A stretch of DNA of 64,000 nt from NCBI GenBank assembly GCA_964016885.1, contig OZ024743.1, forward strand, positions 176,824,001 through 176,888,000, read 5' to 3'. Numbering within the stretch: position 1 is the stretch's first letter; every line of letters starts with the position of its first letter. Origin of the DNA: Eledone cirrhosa. Taxonomy: Eukaryota. A program made the translations under genes and the position numbers. Shown piece by piece: positions 55,900 through 64,000 of the stretch. The notes under the pieces were generated by a model. That model did not search any database and was not told the origin of the DNA. It was given only the letters and a program-made list of their open reading frames with translations.

Positions 55900-57165
55900 A
55901 CAACATATACATACATATTTACACACATCATCATCATCTTCGTTTAACGTCCATCTTCCACGCTAGCATGGGTTAGACATATTTACACACATATACACAC
56001 ATATTTATACACATATACACACATATTTACACACATACATACATATTTACACACATATACATACATATTTACACACATATACATACATATTTACACACAT
56101 ATACATACATATTTACACACATATACATACATATTTACACACATATACACACATATACATACAGATTTACACACATATACATACATATTTACACACATAT
56201 ACACATATTTACACACATATACATACATATTTACACACATATACACACATATACACACATATTTATACACATATACATACATATTTACACACATATACAT
56301 ACATATTTACACACATATACATACATATTTACACACAAACACATACATATTTACACACATATACATACATATTTACACACATATACACATATTTACACAT
56401 ATACATACATATTTACACACATATACATACATATTTACACACATACATACATATTTACACACATATACACATATTTACATACATATACATACATATTTAC
56501 ACACATATACATACATATTTACACACATATACATACTTATTTACACACATACATACATATTTACACACATATACACATATTTACACACATATACACACAT
56601 ATACATACATATTTACACACACATACATACATATTTACACACATACATACATATTTACACACATATACACATATTTACAACCATATACATACATATTTAC
56701 ACACATATACACACATATTTACACACAAACACATACATATTTACACACATATACATACATATTTACACACAAACACATACATATTTACACACATATACAT
56801 ACATATTTATACACATATACATACATATTTACACACAAACACATACATATTTACACACATATACATGCATATTTACACACAAACATACATATTTACACAC
56901 ATATACATACATATTTACACATGTACATCATCATTATCATCATATACATACATATTTACACACATATACACACATATTTACACACAAACACATACATATT
57001 TACACACATATACATACATATTTATACACATATACATACATATTTACACACAAACACATACATATTTACACACATATACATACATATTTACACACAAACA
57101 CATACATATTTACACACATATACATACATATTTACACATGTACATCATCATTATCATCGTTTAAA
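55900..57165. repeat. ~22-bp minisatellite (acatatttacacacatatacat)
   Basis: Visible tandem units. Confidence 0.9.
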
Positions 57166-57264
57166 ATAGACATAAAACGATGATGACGATGACACACACA
57201 CACAATTACAGACACAAATGCATACATATTTATACTCTGTCTATTCAGTTGATACTATGAAATA

Positions 57265-58153
57265 CAGGGTGTGGACGATATTGTTCGCAAGATTACTGTC
57301 TAGGAAAAGATAGCACAGTAGTTTTATTTTTTAAGATATATTTATCAAACTTGGATCAGTTTGTCTTCATGACTTGTTCTTTCGATCTCACTTGATAAAC
57401 CCTCCATTGGCTTTGATGACGGCCTCAAGGCGGCCTCGGAACCGGCTACAGGCCTTCGTCACTGTCCCCCGACTTAGGTCCCTAAAGGCACTTGTGATCC
57501 TGGCCTTCAGATCGTCTTTCGTATTGCAGCTAGATCTGTTGGTGTCTCGTTCCACTGCGCCCCACACAAAGAAGTCGAGAGGGTTGCAGTCAGGCGAGCT
57601 GGGTGACCAGATGTCAGGTGAAGTGTGGTCGACGAAGTTCTCTGACAGCCAGGCTTGGGTCTTTCGGCTGGTATGGCAGGGCGCTGAGTCTTGCTGCCAC
57701 ACGTACGGCCTACCTGCAGCTACCTGGTCGATCCAGGGCTTTACTACCTCGCTCAGAACACGGATGTAGCCATCGGTGTTCAGCTTGAGGCCCTCAGGGA
57801 AGAAGTGAGGTGGCATGATGTCACCTTGACTGCTGACGACACCTAAGACCAATGTTGTCGCTGGAAACTTTGTCTGCATGACTCTGGGCACGTCTTTGGA
57901 TGAGACAGCGAGCCATCTGTTGTTCTGAGAGTCTGAAATTTCCTTATTTGTCCTCCCAGCGCGGATTTCAAGAAGAACTCCGTGTCTCTTCCACAAATTT
58001 GGAGGTTCAAAATTATTCATAATCAATTATTCTGAAAATAAATAATGGAAATATAGTCACTGTTTTTATGAAGACAAGAGTGACAATGGAAGTAAAAAAA
58101 ATTTACATAAAATTAGCAGTTGATAATTGCGAACAAATATCGTCCGCACCCTG
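57265..58153 (-). mobile_element. Tc1/mariner DD37D (maT) transposon, internally deleted, copy 2 with an open 212-aa ORF
   Basis: TA-flanked TIRs. ORF 57388-58026 has WQQD and SPDCNPLD with 37 residues between the two catalytic Asp; the HTH region and first catalytic Asp are missing. Confidence 0.93.
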
Positions 58154-58365
58154 TATACATACACACATATACGCACAACATATACATACACACATATACA
58201 CTCTTATATACATACATTTGCAGATGCACACACATACACACAATTACACCGACACAACGTACACACGCATTAATCTAACTTGATTGGAAATTCTAACCAT
58301 CACTCCCTCTCTCATTTTCTCTCCCTCCCTATCTTTTTCTCCATCTCTCACCCTCACTGTTTTGC

Positions 58366-58406
<41 letters not shown>

Positions 58407-58439
58407 CATATATATATATTATATTTAATATAAAATGGA

Positions 58440-58566
58440 TTCTACAGGACTAGAACTGTTTCATTCAAAAGAAATCATCAGGAAAGCAGACTGTCCTTTT
58501 AAAACTATCATATTTACATGTTTTCTGGTGGTTTCTTTTAAATGAAATAGTTCTAGTCCTGTAGAA
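58440..58566. repeat. 42-bp-arm hairpin with degenerate hammerhead-like cores (Penelope-type remnant)
   Basis: Arms at 58440-58481 and 58525-58566; the minus strand of the left arm reads CTGATGA-tttcttttgaat-GAAA-cagttc. Confidence 0.6.
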
Positions 58567-58771
58567 GCTATATCTATATTAAATTGATGTTTACACTCTA
58601 CTAATGTATTGAATACCCTACTAACTGTGGTTACCTCAGATTGTACCCAGGACTCACACACGCATATATATATATACATATATATATATAACATAAAATT
58701 AAAAGTCGATTGACATATATATATAAAATAAACACATCAAACAATTACATTTTATTTTATATATATATATA

Positions 58772-60273
58772 TCAGCAAGGTTAGAATTAACAACGAATAT
58801 AGTGAAGAGTTTAGCGTAAAAGTTGGCGTCCATCAGGGCTCTGTTCTCAGCCCCCTACTATTTATTATTGCCCTTCAGGCTATAACAGAGGAGTTCAAGA
58901 CCGGTTGCCCATGGGAACTCCTATACGCAGATGACCTAACACTCATAGCTGAATCAATGGCCGAGCTAGAGAAGAAATTCCAAACATGGAAGCACGGCCT
59001 AGAATCAAAAGGCCTTAAAATTAACCTGGCTAAGACTAAAGTTCTAGTTTGTAAGAAAGAAAATAAGGCGGCGGTCCCTTCCGGGAAGTGGCCATGCTCA
59101 GTGTGTAGGAAAGGCGTAGATAGAAACTCCATTTTGTGTCCCAAATGCAAAGTATGGGTGCATAAAAGATGTAGTGGGATCACAGGTAAGCTAACTAAGA
59201 ACATAGATTTTACATGTGGCCGGTGCTCTGGTGCAATAAGTAGCAGCAAGTGCCCACAAAATACTAACTCTTTCAACTGCGCAGAGGGTTCTATAGAAAT
59301 AGTGGACAGCTTCCGTTACCTGGGTGACAAAATCAGCAGTGGGGGAGGGTGCTCTGAAAGTACAGTAGCTAGAGTCAGAACTGGATGGAAAAAGTTCAGA
59401 GAGCTTATACCACTATTAGCCGCTAAAGGGTTCTCCCTAAAAATGAAAGGCAGGTTGTACGATGCCTGCATACGAACAGCAATGTTGCATGGCAGTGAGA
59501 CCTGGGCATTGTGTGCAGAGGATATACGCATACTAGAGAGAAACGAAGCTTGCATGCTCCGCTGGATGTGTAATAGTAATATACGTGAACGGCAAAGCAT
59601 AAATGAACTAAGGAAAAAATTAAAAATAAGAGGGATCAGATGTTGTTTACTCAAGAGAAGGCTACGTTGGTATGGTCACGTGATGCGCATGAAGGACGAT
59701 AGCTGTATAACAAAGTGCAGGGCAATAAAGATAGACGGTAGCCACAGAATAGGCAGACCCAGAAAAACCTGGGACGAGCTGATAAATTCCGACCTCACAC
59801 ACTTACACCTCACCAAGACAATGTCACTGGACCGAGACCTTTGGCGGTACTCAGTAATGGAGAAGACCCGCCTTACCTAAATACAAAGTAAAACCTACTA
59901 CAGTCAGTAGGCATCTCTAACAAAATACACCCCCGTCCCACCACCCCCACCCCATCCACACCACCCCTTTCAATGTAAAGTTATGTTGGTGCCACAACAT
60001 CCAGGCCGAAACAAATGAGATCGTGTAGGTGTCACGTCAAAAAAACACACAGTCCACGCTGTAATGTGGCCGTGTAGGCAACATGGTAAAAACCTCCCAG
60101 ACCCACACTGTAAATGTGGTTGGTGTTAGGAAGGGCACCCAGCTGTAGAAAATCCGCCAGATAGTCCTATGCGAGCAAGATAATCACTCTTGCCTCAAGT
60201 GGGACTACCCCCGTCGAAACCCATGCAAGCGTGGAACACGGACGTTAAACGTTGATGATGATGATGATGATGA
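58772..60273 (+). mobile_element. Young 5'-truncated RTE LINE with intact C-terminal ORF
   Basis: VGVHQGSVLSP, ELLYADDL, then a 307-aa ORF with KWPCSVC..C..C..WVHKRC..C..C (PHD-like), RRLRWYGHV, GRPRKTW; (gat)n tail. Confidence 0.95.
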
Positions 60274-60299
60274 TATATGTCAATTGACTTTTAATTTTA

Positions 60300-60693
60300 A
60301 TGGAGGCACATGGCTTAGTGGTTAGAGCATTGGGCTTGCAATCGAAAGGTTGTGAGTTCAATTCTCAGACCGGGTGACGTGTTGTTTCCTTGAGCAAGAC
60401 ACTTTATTTCACATTGCTCCAGTTTACTCAGCTGTAGAAATGAGATGATAGGACTGGGGTCCCTATCACTCCACTGCAAAGTAATCGTGGAGGTGCCAGG
60501 GCAAAAAAGCATCCAGCCCACACTGTAAAGTGGAAGTGGAGGCGTCACGGAGTAAAAAGCACCCAGCACTCACTGTAAATGAGGTTGGTGTTAGGAAGGC
60601 AATCCTGCTGTAGAAATCAAGCCAGAATCAGTTCCCGTCCCACCCTTGTAAGCAAGGAAAAGCAGACGTAAAATGATGATGATGATGATGATG
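60300..60693 (+). mobile_element. tRNA-derived SINE with RTE-like tail and an internal unit duplication
   Basis: Near-identical to 20702-21045 but with two aaaaagca.ccagc.cactgtaaa units. Confidence 0.88.
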
Positions 60694-61023
60694 AAATGCT
60701 TGGATTTATTGCTTGTAATCTTAGAGCTTATTCCACAGGTGATATGACGCATGTTTCTGATATTCTCAGACATGGCATCTTTAATTTAATTTTGGTAGCA
60801 TATATATATAGTCAAGTCTGAAATGCATAGACGGTTGTCCCCCCAGTGTTTGCATAGCTATGGCTTCCTAAAACCGTGTTTCTTTAGAAATACAAAATTT
60901 TTAGACATATTTGTGTAAAGCTATGCTTGAAGCGAAATCTTATTTCTATTATATATATATATCAAATAATGGTAGTTAAGACAGGATTAGTTGAGACCAT
61001 AATTATTTATTGCATTATATATA

Positions 61024-62465
61024 TTAGTAGAAGAACTGCCCCTCGGGCGGTTTTCTTCTAGCGTATATAGTGTGTATATTGATATACACAAATATACATG
61101 TTCATAGAAATGATACGTAAATTGACAATATGCACATAAACTGAACAAAGACAGTGTGACACTTACTTCTGTAATCAGTAAAAAAATCCATGATACATTT
61201 TAAAAAAAAGTCGATAATGGAAATGGAAAAGCGATGAAACTGTTGACGGAAAATGTTCATGAATCTTCACTTGAGAATGTCGATGGGAAGCTTCAAGGAG
61301 TGAATTTGAAAATAGATGCTGCTGGTATGGATTAATGAATTACATTTACCAATATGAAGAGTTGACCTTCACTATATTGTTGTTTTACTGTATTCATATA
61401 TAGACCTCTTAAGTTTTTGTAGTGTCTTTTTTCTAGCAGTTAAAAAGAAACTGAAATGCATTTCAACTAAAAGAGAGTGATAGCTGTTTCACATCACTGT
61501 AGAATTTCTTTGTAGACACAGTTGTCAGTAATCACACCCCTTTCATTTAATATTTTAATATTTTCTTTTTTTGTAACCCATTGATAATGCAACATACATC
61601 TGACCATGTGAGAAGAATTGTGTTGGTAGATATACACCTATCTTTTCAAATGTCTGCCCTTGTGCCTTGTTGCATGTAAGGGCAAAAGCTGGTTTGACTG
61701 GAAATTGCTTGCGAGTAAAGGTGAAAGGGAACTCAAGCTCTTGAGATACATGTGGTATCCTTGGGATTAGCAACCTTGCTCCAGCATTGGGACCCAATGC
61801 CACTTCAGCTTCAATTACATGATTATGTAAACTGATGATGTTGTAGCATGTACCATTTCAATGCCCGTTTCAATGCCTGATGGGGTAAGTTTCTTGATGT
61901 ACTCAATTGGATATTGCGGTTCATTATCTACTGTATCAGAGTTTCTGTAGATTATTTCATGACCAGGGAACTTGTTGACCATGAACTCATTCACCAATCT
62001 TGCTGCATCATTTGTTGGAGTGACAATGGCTCTATTTGCAAGCCATAGTGGGTTTGTGTAGTTTCCTGTAAGATTTGTATACACAAAATCACACAGTCCA
62101 GACACATTACCATATTCCAGACAAAGTTCATTTGGCAGAAGAATTGTGAATGCACCTACAGTTGGAACAGTTGGAATGTTACCATTTCCCACATCAAGAA
62201 GGTAGTTTGCAAACTGTCTTTCATCAGAATCCTCTGCATTAATTAACCTTTAATTGGTTGTCATCTCCATGGTTTCCACATAGTCCCAGATATAGGATCT
62301 CTTGATGGTTGCCTCAACTATTTGTGGTCTAACACCATGACGTACAACTGGAAGAATTTGCTTCCAGTCACCAGATAGTAATACTGTTAGACCACCAAAT
62401 GGCTTTTTGCAATCTCAAACATCTTTGAAGCTCCTGTCAAGACATTCAAAGATATGCTTATGTCC
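61024..62465 (-). mobile_element. Autonomous Helitron 3' part (decayed PIF1-like helicase)
   Basis: GHKHIFECLDRS, FGGLTVLLSGDWKQILPVV, RAIVTPTN, RKQFPVKPAFALTCNKAQGQT, FSHGQMYVALS; 3' hairpin gaactgccc-ctc-gggcggttt and CTAA|T terminus. Confidence 0.9.
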
Positions 62466-62738
62466 TGTTGTATGGACTGGGAATCGAACTCACAACCTCA
62501 TTGTTGTATGGACTGTTAAATTTGTTTTGTTCGGTTTGCACGTGCTCACACATTTGCATATGGGTCACGTGACCTGGGCAGTCGGTCAGCGTTGGTGTTA
62601 AAAACTCGGTCACAGATTACTTACTTACTTTATGTTATTCTGCTACTGTGAGGAGGGGCGTTTTGGTTGTTTCGGACAATACACAAATTATTTGATATAA
62701 CTCGTGTTTTCTCTGCGAGTACCGAGAGGAATACAACA
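62466..62738 (+). repeat. 5' LTR of a Ty3/Gypsy element inserted into the Helitron
   Basis: Terminal inverted octamer tgttgtat...atacaaca, followed by a PBS-like tggcgtcgacga at 62747. Confidence 0.8.
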
Positions 62739-62800
62739 GAGTTTATTGGCGTCGACGATAGGATTCAAACCTATGCCGGGAAATTGTTTATCATAAAAAC

Positions 62801-64000
62801 ATGGCGGAACAACAAACAGCGGAGCTAATAAAGTTGCTTAGAGAACAGATGGAACAACAGAGTTTATTGGCGTCGCAACAAATGCAACAACACAAGAAAG
62901 ATATGGACACTCTGATAAAACTGTTTGGTGCTCGAGATTCTGAACAACAGAGTTTATTGGCGTCGCCAGTTGCTTCGACACCAACAGCATTCATCCCACC
63001 ATTTGCTGCTTTTGATTCAACAACAGAACTATGGCCTGACTACTGGTCAAGATTCTGCACGTTTGAGGCTTTTAACGCTGTACCCGAGCAACGCATGGCA
63101 CAAGTGTTCCTGACTAATCAGATGGCTGCTATCTACAAACAACTTGCAAATCTGGCTGCTCAACAAAATCCGCCTAAGAATATCAACAAGTTGACAATGG
63201 ACGAAATTGTTGACTTCATGAAAGAACAGTTCAACCCAAAACTTTTCATTGTGAGAGAACGTTTCAAGTTCTGGAGTGACATGCAACGGAAGCCAGGCGA
63301 AACTCTCCAGGAGCTGGCAGCACGTATACGTCAGGATGCAGCTACCTGTGATTTTCCTTCGATCACAAATCCACAAGATGAAGCTCTAAGACAGAGATTT
63401 ATATGTTCTGTCAATAATGAAGCTGTGTTGAAGGCTATTTTCAAGATCAAGGATACAGAACTAGATTTCGCCCGTGCTGTCCAAGTTGCCATCGGGACCG
63501 AAGATGCAGCAAAGGTTGCCAAGGAAACTGTTTACGGTTCCAGAACCAAGCAAGTCTATAAGGTCCAGCAGAACAAGAACAAGGGTCCTCGAAAGAACTA
63601 TCAGCAGTCTTATTCCACAGACCAGGAGATGTGCTACCAATGTGGAAAGGCCCACAAAGCGACAGACTGCCCCTTCAAAGAAGCCAAATGTCATTTTTGA
63701 GACAAAAAGGGACATTTGCAAGCGGTGTGTAGAAGGAAACAACATCAGCAACGTAATCATCGCTCACAGAATTACGTGAAAAGGATCACGAAAGCTGAGC
63801 TAGTCAAGGCAATCCTTGGTGAAGTTCCCCACGATACTCATAGTTTGAATGTGCCAATAACAATCCAGAACAGACCTTTCACAATGGAATTGGACACAGC
63901 TACTACAGGCAATTTTGTTTCCTTGTCAGTTTGGAAACAATTAGGAAAACTGAAGCTCCAAGATGTCAAACATCGGTTTGAATCTGCCAGCAAGCACGAC
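62801..64000 (+). mobile_element. Mag-like Ty3/Gypsy gag-protease (premature stop at 63698-63700); runs off the right edge
   Basis: Gag ERFKFW...Q.PGETLQELAARIRQ.A..CDF, zinc knuckles CYQCGKAHKATDC and CHF*DKKGHLQAVC, protease MELDT at ~63884. Confidence 0.9.

Overview
AT-rich, repeat-dense eukaryotic (animal) genomic DNA. The tRNA-derived SINEs and RTE LINEs resemble ones I recall from octopus/cephalopod genomes (inference). The only host gene I can support is a CCDC138-like gene on the minus strand, with two phase-compatible GT-AG exons at 8196-8320 and 3397-3587. The rest is intronic or intergenic and is filled with decayed transposons: RTE, CR1 and CRE LINEs, Penelope-like elements with a GIY-YIG remnant and minimal hammerhead-ribozyme motifs in foldbacks, two internally deleted DD37D/maT Tc1-mariner elements, Helitrons, piggyBac-like MITEs, SINEs and a Mag-like Ty3/Gypsy LTR element at the right edge. 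A ~21 kb satellite of 34-bp units with kilobase higher-order repeats occupies the middle of the window. The most unusual observations are a ~950-bp spacerless palindrome with a hammerhead in each arm, a 22-bp LTR-end/PBS sequence copied twice in frame inside gag, two short templated insertions flanked by direct repeats, two maT copies with different but nearly coincident deletions, and a 48-bp minisatellite amplified from a SINE/RTE tail segment. All calls were made by eye; no searches were run.
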